A stretch of 64,000 nt of DNA from Octopus vulgaris (Eukaryota), in assembly GCA_951406725.2 (NCBI GenBank), contig OX597815.1, positions 127,844,001 through 127,908,000 of the forward strand, in the 5' to 3' direction. The notes beneath the pieces were generated by a model that saw only the letters and a list, made by a program, of their open reading frames with translations, was not told the DNA's origin and made no database searches. The translations under genes and the position numbers were made by a program. This document shows, piece by piece, positions 53,759-64,000 of the stretch. Numbering within the stretch: the first letter of the stretch is position 1; every line of letters starts with the position of its first letter.

Positions 53759-53875
53759 GCTTTTCCGTTTTCTTAGGTAAAGTTTCTGGGCCGTTAATCT
53801 GTGCTAATTCTTCATCCTTGGATTGTTTACAGGATGTATCATTCTGCATTAATTGCTGATTGCCCATATTTACAT
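53759..53875 (-). CDS. AVEN: Penultimate coding exon (117 nt) of the same gene
   Basis: Acceptor ...tttctaccaatatag, open frame VNMGNQQLMQNDTSCKQSKDEELAQINGPETLPKKTEK, donor GC/gtatgt; phase 1 joins the terminal exon in frame (C+AA = Gln). Confidence 0.6.
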
Positions 53876-54719
53876 CTATATTGGTAGAAATAAATAGCAA
53901 TATAAAAAATGAACATTACAAAAAGAGAAAGCAAAATAAACAAACCAACAGCTTTAAAAGAAATCAATAAGCAGTAAGGTAACAGTATATTTAATGTAAA
54001 CTTTTATAGTTTTGGGTAATTCCTGTTGAATTTTAAAATATAAAAGACGTTTAGAAGTTAAACAACAAAACTAAAATCATTGTCATTGATTTACATTCAC
54101 TTTCCATGCTGGTATGGGTTAGTTCAGTCACTTTTATTCTTCTAGATGGGTCATGTAACCTCATCTCACTTCTAAGTTTCCTTTCGGGATTCATTTCTGT
54201 GGTTGGCTGCCCTTCCTAATACCAACCATTTAATAGAGGGTACTGGGTGCACTATTTTGTAGCACAAGTAATATAGAAGTTGGTATATCCCCGAAATGAC
54301 CAAAGGGACTTCATAACTGTATACTTAACAGAGTGTACTGCGTTCATTTTATTATGACACCAGTGATAGAAGTGAGAGAGCAATGGCTAACAAGAGGTGG
54401 ATAAATGAGAAAAGTGAATGACAGGTACTGGTACCAAATAGCCAGTGGGGAGTATAGGTAAGGTATATGAGGTACATACATTTCTCCCTTTCTCCAGTCT
54501 GTAGAATGTACTCACTGCCACCACATACTAAGATAAAATTCATCACTACTGATAAAGGAAAATAGTGACTGAACAATCATTAGAAACAGATCTGGTCTGA
54601 GCTTGTGGTTGCTAGGGAGTACATGCTGGCAACAGAGGCCTGAGGCAGAAATGTGCATCTAGCATTCTTAAAAATGCTGCTGGCTGATTTTCATTTGCTA
54701 CTGGTATCATCCTCCACTT

Positions 54720-55000
54720 CATCATCATCATTTAACGTCTGTTTTTCCATGCGGGCATGAGTTGGATGGTTTGACAAGAGTTGGCCAACTGGAGAGCTGT
54801 CCATGCTCCAATTGTCTATTTTGGCATGGTTTCTATGGCTAGATGCCCTTACTAACACCAACCACTTTACAGAGTGTACTGGCTGCTTGTTATGTGATAC
54901 CAGCATGGGTGCTTTGTAGTGGCACTGACATGGGTCCATTTTATGTGACGCTGATACATGTGCTTTATATATGACACTGGCACGAGTGCTTTTTACACGT
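54720..55000 (-). mobile_element. RTE 3' UTR/tail fragment
   Basis: (CAT)n-ttaacgtc...gatgccctt. Confidence 0.75.
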
Positions 55001-55926
55001 TTTAAACAGTATGGTCATAGGAGCAAATGTCTTCTATTATAACTTTGGCTGACCAAATAGGAGATACTGTTTGCAGGTGAATACTGCAGCTAATTTGCTT
55101 TTTTGCCAATGCATATGCATTAAGTATGATACACAGATGGCTATTTTAAACTAATATGGCATCTGTTGCAAATAACATATTTATATCTTTTATTTTTACT
55201 AGTTTCAGTCATTAGACTACAGCCATGCAGAAGCACTGCCCTGAGGAATTTCAGTTGACTGAATTAAACCCAGTACTTTTTTTTTTTAAACCTAGTTCCT
55301 ATTCCATCAGTTAATCAACCTGATTAACTATATGGGTGACTAGGCTATATACTATTCCACCAGATATTATAAGCATCTCAGCAGTGAATTCTGATGGGCC
55401 AGGGGCTTCCCTGTTTTCCCTTAGTTGCTTTATCTACCAAGCTACTAATGATTTGGCTAAGCTGGTCCCTCACTTAGGTCAACATTTGGCAGAGTCTCCT
55501 TCTCCCATCCATCCTCCACATTTAGCAGCCTTTTATGTTGGCATTTCCAAGCCTGTTTCTTTGCAGAATCATTAAACACATGTTCATGTATGTGTGTGGG
55601 TGAAGCTGCATACCACTACTCAATAACCTGTGTTGGCTTGTTTATATCTTTGTAACTTAGAGGTTTGGCAAACATGACTGATAAAATAATTAACTAACTC
55701 TAGAAAATAAATACTGGAGAGTTGGTTTCTTAAACTAACCCCTTGAAAGCAATGCTCCAGCATGGCCACAGTACACTGACTGAAACAAGTAAAAGTAAAA
55801 GAAAAAAATAAACAAGCTTTCATACAGTTTCCATCAACCATTTTCCCTTACAAGGCATTGGTCAGTCTGAGGTTATGTTAGAAGACACTTGCCAAAGGAG
55901 TTGCACAGTGAGATAGAAGCTGAAAC

Positions 55927-56622
55927 TATTCGGTTGGCAACTAAGTTCCTGCCATTTTTTTAAATTTTGGAATTTATTGCGTTTTTAAATTTTGAAATCT
56001 ATTTTTTTCAAGAATTCTATTTTTGAATCATTTTGAAATCTTTTTTGATTTTTTCTAGTTAATTTTAGTTAATTTTTGTTTATTTTCAGATAATTAGAAT
56101 GTCAAGTTAAGAAAAAGAAGCATTTCCGAAACCTCCTTCTTTTTGCTTTTAATCAAGGTTCTAAGGCCGCAAAAGCTGTTTGTGACATTTGTGCTGTGTA
56201 TGGAGAGGGTACCATAGCTGAAAGAACCACTTGTGATTGGTATGCCAAGTTCAAAAATGGAAATTTTGACCTCAAAGATGCACCTCGTTCTGGCCATCCA
56301 GTTGAGTTCAATGAAGAGCAATTAAACCAACTTTTGCATGAAAATTCTTGTCAAATGACAAGGGAACTGGCAGAGAAAATAGAATGTTCCCACGCTGCTA
56401 TAGAGAAGCATCTTTACTCAATGGGAAAGGTTCAGAAGTATGGAGCATGGGTTTAAGTGACAACAACAAAATCAACGAGCCACAATCTCCGCTGGTTTGC
56501 TTGCTCGTCACTGCTCAACTCATGGACACAAGCAACGATTTCTTTACCGAATTCTTACTGGCGATGTAAAATGGTGCCTGTACATCAATATGAAGCAGAG
56601 TATGGAATGGCTTAGCCCCAGT
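55927..56622 (+). mobile_element. Mariner transposon 5' half, cut by the gap
   Basis: ta-ttcggttggcaactaag TIR-like start; YGEGTIAERT..WYAKFKNGNFDLKDAPRSG, GAWV, RILTGDVKWCLY. Confidence 0.85.
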
Positions 56623-56722
56623 NNNNNNNNNNNNNNNNNNNNNNNNNNNNNNNNNNNNNNNNNNNNNNNNNNNNNNNNNNNNNNNNNNNNNNNNNNNNNN
56701 NNNNNNNNNNNNNNNNNNNNNN
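56623..56722. other. Assembly gap (100 N)
   Basis: Direct reading. Confidence 1.
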
Positions 56723-57269
56723 CACAGATGATATCAGCCACATCATAAGTAGTTGTCTGAAAATGTCATCATGGCATTATCTACCAATGAGACATGATGT
56801 TGTAGCTAGGACACTCTATAATGAAATCCATTGGAAGAATAACCCCAAGGCCAAAGAAATAAGAACCTACAGTATGGTAGAAGCCATAGCCACTCATAAT
56901 AAAAAGGAATACTGATGGAATGTACCAGTGAAGACCTCAATAAAATGTAAACACAGCAGACCTGATTTGAGATAGAGAAGAGAAACTGTGCACAGCTGTG
57001 GAAATTAGCTGCCCAGCAGATGTTAACATAAAGCTGACAATCAGTGAAAATGAGAACACCTACACTGAACTATTGAGAAATCTGCAGTTACTCTATCCAG
57101 ATTACAAGTTCAGGTTTATACCTGTAATTCTTGGGGCCCTGAGATATATAACACACCACCTAAATACCAATCTTGAGAAATTAGGCTTCTCAAAATCAGA
57201 GAGGAGAAAGCAAATTCGAAAACTACAGATCAAATTTATCACTGGAACTGTAAAAATCTATAAAACTTT
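56723..57269 (+). mobile_element. R4-like RLE retroposon, left part; its 3' UTR resumes at ~61767-61945
   Basis: Colinear with 35115-35660; agcatgtctagatatgcaactatg resumes after the RTE tail and ends aaataaaactgaacaatga(CA)n. Confidence 0.85.
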
Positions 57270-60200
57270 GTAGTTGACCCTTCAATATATAACTTCCTAA
57301 TCTCTCTCTCTCTCTCTCTCTGCCTTCGTTTCACCTTAATTCATCATCTAATTTTCTAAATGGAATCTCCTAAATTAACCCTTGCTTGTTCATGGTGGCT
57401 AAGTACTTTTCGTACTATTCTCTTATTCCTTCCCACTCACTATGGCTTCTTATGCTACTCTGTTACTATCATTGCTATTGTCTTCAGCACCCTCCATAAT
57501 GTCCACTTCCAGCCATAGCATGTCTATAAAACACTTACTCACAAGCTTTCTTCCCTGCTTTTCACACAACTCTTTCCAATGCAAACGTTTCTTAGATGCC
57601 CAGTTATGCATTGCTAAACTAAGATATTCTCTCATTTTTTCGACCTTTTCATGCATTCATCCATCATCACTATTAATACTTTAATGTGTATTTACTAATA
57701 CCTGCTTTCATAAGCTAATTATTTAAAATGAAAAGAAGCGAGCTGGCAGAAATGTCAGCACGCTGGATGAAATGCTTAGCAGAAGTTCATCTGTCTTTAC
57801 GTTCTGAGTTCAATTTCCACCGAGATCAATTTTGCCTTTCATCCTTTTGAAGTCGATAAATTAAGTACCAGTTATGCACTGGGGTCAATTTAATTGACTG
57901 AACTCCTCCCACCAAAATTTTGGGCCTTGTGCCTAGAGTAGAAAAGAATTATTTCAATTGACCGTTCAATATATTACTTCCTAATCTCTCTCCCTCAGCC
58001 TTCATTTCACCTTAATTCTTCATGTAATTTTCTTGATGAAATTTCAAGTTGACTACATATTTTTTCATACCAACTCTCTGAATCAACCCTTGCTTGTTTG
58101 TTCCACCTTAATTCTTCATGTAATTTGTTTATTTCACCTTAATTCTTCATGTAATTTTCTAAATGAAATCTCCTAAATTAACCCTTGCTTTTTTGTGGTG
58201 CGCCCACCCATTCCCAGCCCCACCACCAATACTTGATATCTCTCTCTTCTCTTACCACCAATACCGGATATCTCTCTCTTCTCCCACTACCATTACGGGA
58301 TCTCTCTTCTACCACCATTACCGGATCTCTCACTTCTCCTACCACCATCGTCAGATATCACTCTTCTCTCACAGGAAAACCTATCCCCTCTATCATACCT
58401 GCAATAGAGTGCTTAAGCTCAAACTAGTTCTGCAGAATAGTAAAGCCACAATTATCTCTGCCTATGCCCCACCAGTGGGCCTACCAAACAATCAGAAGGA
58501 CCACTTTTATGATACCCTTCTATAGGCTACCTTAAAGACGAGTGGCAATGACTTCATCTTTGTGGCTGGAAATTTTAATGGGCAAGTCAGATGGTAATAT
58601 GGTATCTTCCACGGTATTCACAGGGGTCATAGAATTGGTTCCCGAAATGAAGAGGGAACTAGGCTACTAGAGTTCTGTGATGCATGCAACCTATTAATCT
58701 GCAACACTAACTTCAGGAAGCCAGACAGCCACCTGATAACCTATCAATCAGGTGACTTTGCTAGCCAAATCGATTTTATCCTCACCAGGCAGTGGGATGC
58801 AAGATTGCTCTTAAATACAAAGACCCTTCCTGGTGAAGAATGCACCCCCCCCCCCCAGCATAGACTAGTCATGAGTCACATTATAGACTCGAGGCCAGAA
58901 GGATGCCAGGAAGCAGACCAATCCAGAAAAGAAGGCTTTGGAAGATAAAGAATCCTTCACATATTCAGAGATTTAGGGACATCCTCATTGAGAAATTTGA
59001 TGAAAGGGAAGAGGAGCTAGACTTTGGACATAGAGGGTAACTGGGAATTCCCATAGGACAGCTTACTGAGCACCACAGATCAAATCTGTGGCTAGTGTAA
59101 AGTCCCTTCCAGACCTAGAGTAACGTGGTGGTGGAATAATACAGTAGACAAGGCCATTAGAGCAAACAAACAGGCCTGGAAAGCCTGGAAGAGTGGGGGT
59201 AGCAAGGAACTGTACCAGATAGCCAGAAGGGAGGCTGGGAGACAGGTATACAAAGCTAAGGGAAAGGCAGAAAAGAAGAGGTTTTCCGATGTTCAGCGAT
59301 GTGAGGACCAAAGAACTGAAGTATTTTGGATTGCAAGACAGTATGTGAGAAAAAATTATGATGTCACAGGGGAGAAATGTGTCAGCATGGATGACGGTGC
59401 ACTTACTTTTAAAGATTCTGCAAAGAAAGAGGCTTGGAGAAGCCATTACAAAAGACTGCTAAATGTGGAGAAGGAATGGAAGAAGGAGAGTCTGCTAAAG
59501 GTTGACCAAATTGAGAGACCAGCTACTTGAAACGACAGTGCCCAGGTAGATAAAGAAATTAAGGATATGAAGTTAAGAAAAGCACCCAGCCCATCAGGAA
59601 TCATTGCTGAGATGCTTAAAATATCTGGTGTTGTGTATTTTGGCCCAGTCACCTGTATTGTAAACCTGGTAGTTTACAAAGGAGTCGTACCCAATGACTG
59701 GTGTAGCAGCCCCATAGTCAACTGCTACAAACGTAATAGTGATACTTTAGATAGAAATAACTACAGGGGTATCAAACTGCTGGATCAGGTGATGAAGGTC
59801 ATGAGAGGGTGATAGCCCAACTAATTAAGGAGAGAGTTTGCAGTTTGGTTTTATGCCAGGTAGAAGCACCACTGATGCTATATTCCTGGTGTGGCAACTG
59901 CAGGAGAAATACCTAGCAAAAGATAAACCCCTATACTTGGCTTTTGTTAACTTAGAGAAAGCCATTGACAGGGTGGGTAATGTGGAAACTAGGGATTGAC
60001 AAGTGGTTAATAAGAGCTGTAGAAGACCTTTACAGGGATGCCGTTTGTAAGGTAAGGGTCGCCAATGATCATAGTGAAGAATTCCAGGTAGAAGTAGAGG
60101 TTCACCAAGGATCAGCCCTAAGGACTCTCTTATTCATCATAGTCCTCCAGGTAATAACACAGGAATTCAAGACAAGTTGCCTCTGGAAGCTCCTCTATGC

Positions 60201-61763
60201 TGATGATCTTGATCTCATAGCAGAATCACTACAAGATCTAGAGAAGAAATTTCAGGTGGAAGCAAGATTTAGAATTGAAGGGCCTTAGATTCAATGTTGC
60301 AAAACTAAAGTCCCAGTAAGTAGAAAGGTGAACACATCATTAACCCCTTCAGGTAGATGGCCCTGCACAATCTGTAGAAAAGTTGTAGGTAGAAACTCCA
60401 TAAGATGTACCCAGTGTAAGCTATGGATGCATAAGAGGAGAAGCAACATCAAAGGAAGGTTAACTGGGAAGACAGCTTTTGTGTGCAGCGGATGCACAGG
60501 GGTAATAAACACCACAGATGCTCAGAAAACTGATTCCATCACATGCCAAGGAAAGAAACTAGAAGTAGTTGATAGCTTGCTCTACCTAGGTGACCAAGTC
60601 TGTAGTGAGGGTGGATGCTCGAACAGTGTTGCTACTAGAATAAGAATAGCCTGGACAAAGTTCAGAAAGCTGTACTGGTGACAAAGGCCACTTGCTGAGA
60701 GTGAAAGATAGATTGTACGATGCATGTGTGCATACTGCCATGCTACATGGCAGTGAAACATGGGCTGTGACTGCTGAAGACATGCGCAGGCTTGAAAGAA
60801 ATGAAGCTGGTATGATCCGCTGGATATATAATGTCAGTGTGTGCACACGACAGAGTGTAAGCACCCTTAGAGAAATGTTGGACATAAGAAGCATCAGATG
60901 TGATGTGTAAGTGAGACCACTGTGATGGTATGGTTATGTGCTGCATATGGATGAGGAGAGCTCAGTGAAGAAGTGTCACCTCCTAAGAGTGAAAGGAACC
61001 CATGGAGGAGGGAGATCCAGGAAGACATGGGACAAGGTAGTGAAGCATGACCTTCGAATGTTGGGCAATGATGAAAGACCGAGACCTCTGGAGATACTGT
61101 GATTGAGAAGACCAAGCAAGTAAAGTGACACCACAGCCATAGCCTACACCAGTGTCGCATAACCAGCCCATTTAAAAAGTATCTTTGAATCGTTGGGCGA
61201 TATTCCGTGCATGAAGAGACCTATTGAGTCAAGTAAAATCAAATCACAATCAAATGGAAATTGTAGTTGTGGCAGCTGCCAGTGCCATCTGGCTGGCTCC
61301 CATGCTGGTGGCATGCAATAAGCACCATGCATGCATGGGTTATTGCCATTGCTACCTGACTGGCTCCCTGTGCTGGTGGCATGTAAAAAGCACCATTCAA
61401 ACATGATTGATGCTAGCCTCCCTGCCCCAACTGGCTCCTGTGCTGGTAGCATGTAAAAAGCACCATCCAAACATGATTGATGCTAGTCTCCCACCCCAAC
61501 TGGATCCTGTGCCGGTAGCATGTAAAAAGCACCATCCGAACATGGCCGATGCCAATGCCACCTGATTGGTTCCCATGCTGGTGGCATGTAAAAAGCACCC
61601 ACTACGCTCTTAGAGTGGTTGTGTTAGGAAGGGCATCCAGCTGTAGAAACACTGCCAGATCAGACTGGTGCCTGGTGCAGCCTCCTGACTTGCCAATCCC
61701 CAGTCAAACCATCCAATCCATGCCAGCATGGAAAACGGATGTTAAACGATGATGATGATGATG
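57270..61763 (+). mobile_element. Long RTE LINE with tandem 5' monomers, C-rich leader, partial APE, RT-PHD and 3' UTR
   Basis: LKLKLVL..IISAYAP, GNFNG, RNEEGTRLLEFC, NYRGIKLL, LLYADD, WPCTIC..CTQC..H..CSGC, (GAT)n tail; bounded by the two halves of the RLE element. Confidence 0.9.
57725..57946 (+). mobile_element. tRNA-derived SINE with 8-bp TSD aattattt
   Basis: gcgagctggcagaa...ctgagttcaattt head; aattattt at 57717-57724 and 57947-57954. Confidence 0.8.
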
Positions 61764-61944
61764 AAGAGCATGTCTAGATATGCAACTATGTGCATGAGAA
61801 TACACGCATAAAGCAGAATTACAAATCTGCACACACACATACACATACATACAAACAAAATTACCCTGTTGATGATGTTGGATCTAGGTTAGAAACTGGC
61901 TTTTTCTCTATTGGCAAGAAATCTTGAAATAAAACTGAACAATG

Positions 61945-61976
<32 letters not shown>

Positions 61977-62029
61977 ACACATTTCCTCTGTTACTCTTCT
62001 ACTCTTGGACGCATTTTGGCTGCAATCTG

Positions 62030-62640
62030 TGTACATACTGGGATACTGACGTTGATGTTGCTACAATTTAATTAACCTTCATTCTTTGAAGCTGCAACTC
62101 TCATTTGCATTAGTTACTATGAAGTAAGTTCATCAGGAATATCAGATAACAAGACATCCAGTTGTCTTTTAAAAACATTTATATCCACACCAAAAAGATT
62201 TCCCAAGCTTTTTGGCAAAAATGTGAAGTGCAATGGACCTTTGAAACCTAAACAATGCACTATCTGGTTCAAACTTTACATAGCAAAAGTTGAAATTTTG
62301 GCATTGTGCACTAGTGTCCTTTACAAGGACTTTTGTAGTTTTCAATGACAAAGGTTGTTTCAAGCTCTTTGAAGTTCTTCAAGATGTATATCTTTCTAAT
62401 CTTCACTTCAAGGAAGTCAGTAATTCCTCTGATGCATTGAGGCAAATATCAGGGTGTAGTAGCATTAGATTGCTTCAAGTTATGAGGTTAATTTCATTCA
62501 ATGTGCTTACAATAATTGAGAGCAGCATATACAGGGCATGATGGGTATTTCAGAAAATTTACTTATCGGTATATTATTTTCTTCAAAGCAGTTAAAAAGG
62601 TTGTTTTTTCTAGATCCATCATAGTAAATAACATGTTAAC
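62030..62640 (-). mobile_element. Decayed CR1/L2-group LINE C-terminal fragment
   Basis: KGPLHF..LPKSL.NL..INVFKRQLDVLLSDIPDE...VAAS, typical of LINE ORF2 ends. Confidence 0.55.
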
Positions 62641-62949
62641 ATGAGAAATGAAAAGATATGCATTCATTGTGTAGAACAAAGTGATTTAGAAATTGCCAAC
62701 TGTCCAAATGTTGCAAGATCCTCCCATCACTCTTCTAACTATGGCACTACTCATCCCTATCAATATGTACTTTCCACTGATCAGCCCTCTTTCCTCCTAC
62801 CCTTTCGATTTCCCTCAACTTTAACAACTCTTAGATATATTTTACAATCTTTTTTATTATACAAAGTTCAGATGGAATTGAAAGACTCTAGCAGAATGTT
62901 TCAATTGTATCAAAGAGGAAAAAAAAAAATTCTAAATGTTCAGACATAA

Positions 62950-63660
62950 TAAGGATACCATAATTCATCCAACAGGCGCAAAACATTGATGATTCTGAAA
63001 ACATTGAGGCTCACCACCAAAGAACCATAGGTGTTGGAATGGATTATCAAAATCGTGGTCCACAAAGACATTTAATACAAGTCATATGTACTGAGGAGAA
63101 GCTGATTTATGTCAGCGAAAACAGGAAAACCATTTGATCTATGCCAAGTGGTTACTTAATGAGGTAAAAACCTTCACAAACATAGCATGTTTGGTTCTTT
63201 GATGAGAAAAACTTCAGTATGTGCAGATCCTTCTGTTATTCATTGAGTAATGAACAATAAGTTTCCAGCAACTATGACGGTTTTAGGAGTGGTGAGTAAT
63301 GAAGGTCATGTCACACAACTTCACATCTTTTAACAAGATATTAGAATTAAAGCTGTTGGATACATCGAAGTGTGGAAGACATTTGTTAAGCCTTGGATAG
63401 GTGAAGTGTCCAGTGAAAGGCCATGCATATTTCAACAAGACTCAGTACCATCTAACAAAATCCAAGAATCAATGCCAGACAATCTAGACAATCTTTAGTC
63501 ATATGGCACCTATCTTGTGACATACACAATCACTAGATTTAAATCCCATTGATTACATTTGGGTTATTGTTGCAAGGGAGACTAATCAATTTACTCAAGA
63601 TATCACAGCTTCACTGAACACTGCCATTGTCCAGGTGATATCCAAAAAAAGGCCTGTTTA
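62950..63660 (+). mobile_element. Tc1/mariner (DD37D-like) fossil
   Basis: FFDEKNF, VLGVVSNEGHV, FQQDSVPS, DLNPIDY; related to 44560-45698. Confidence 0.7.
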
Positions 63661-64000
63661 GTGTAGATATGTCAAAAATCTGTGACTCATCAATTTTTCT
63701 TCCCCACCTCTGATTTCCCTCATCAAAGTTGAAGGCATGTTCTTAGAATAATCTTATAAAAATGCTTATTGAGAGAGAACTTGTGCAGGAATTTTTATTA
63801 AAATACATTTGGCTTTTGTTAGATTAGAGTTATTTATTGAATTACCCCCTATGAACATACATACCTACTTACAAATCTAACAAGCCCCCCCACACACACA
63901 CACACACACATACAAAAGCATCTCTTTTACCTTTGTAACAATTGACTATGACACCTTCCTGTAAAATCTAATTAACCACAGGGGTTAGTACACTTGCATC

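Noticed and set aside
62030-62640. Upstream exon of the AVEN-like gene
   Set aside because: Frames are interrupted and resemble a LINE ORF2 C-terminus.

Overview
AT-rich, repeat-saturated animal genomic DNA. The SINE/LINE/microsatellite repertoire looks like a cephalopod (Octopus-type) genome; this is an inference. Most of the window is nested mobile DNA: several RTE-clade LINE copies with (GAT)n tails and a PHD finger inside the RT, a BovB-like RTE with C-terminal C2H2 fingers, R4/Dong-like RLE retroposons, Penelope-like element (PLE) fragments with hammerhead motifs, a decayed Gypsy LTR element, hAT and Tc1/mariner fossils, Helentron-type non-autonomous elements, tRNA-derived SINEs and long microsatellites. 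There is one 100-N gap. The only host-gene signal is the last two coding exons of a probable AVEN homologue on the minus strand (53875-53759 and 52743-52682). Three structures stand out. (1) A near-perfect 21 x 317-bp array forms the 5' end of a non-coding element with an RTE 3' tail, and a second RTE copy also begins with tandem monomers. (2) A tRNA-headed SINE carrying a minimal hammerhead motif sits in a PLE-style head-to-head palindrome. (3) An RLE retroposon family sits repeatedly in (CATA)n microsatellites. Element boundaries were read by eye and are approximate unless a TSD or TIR is quoted.
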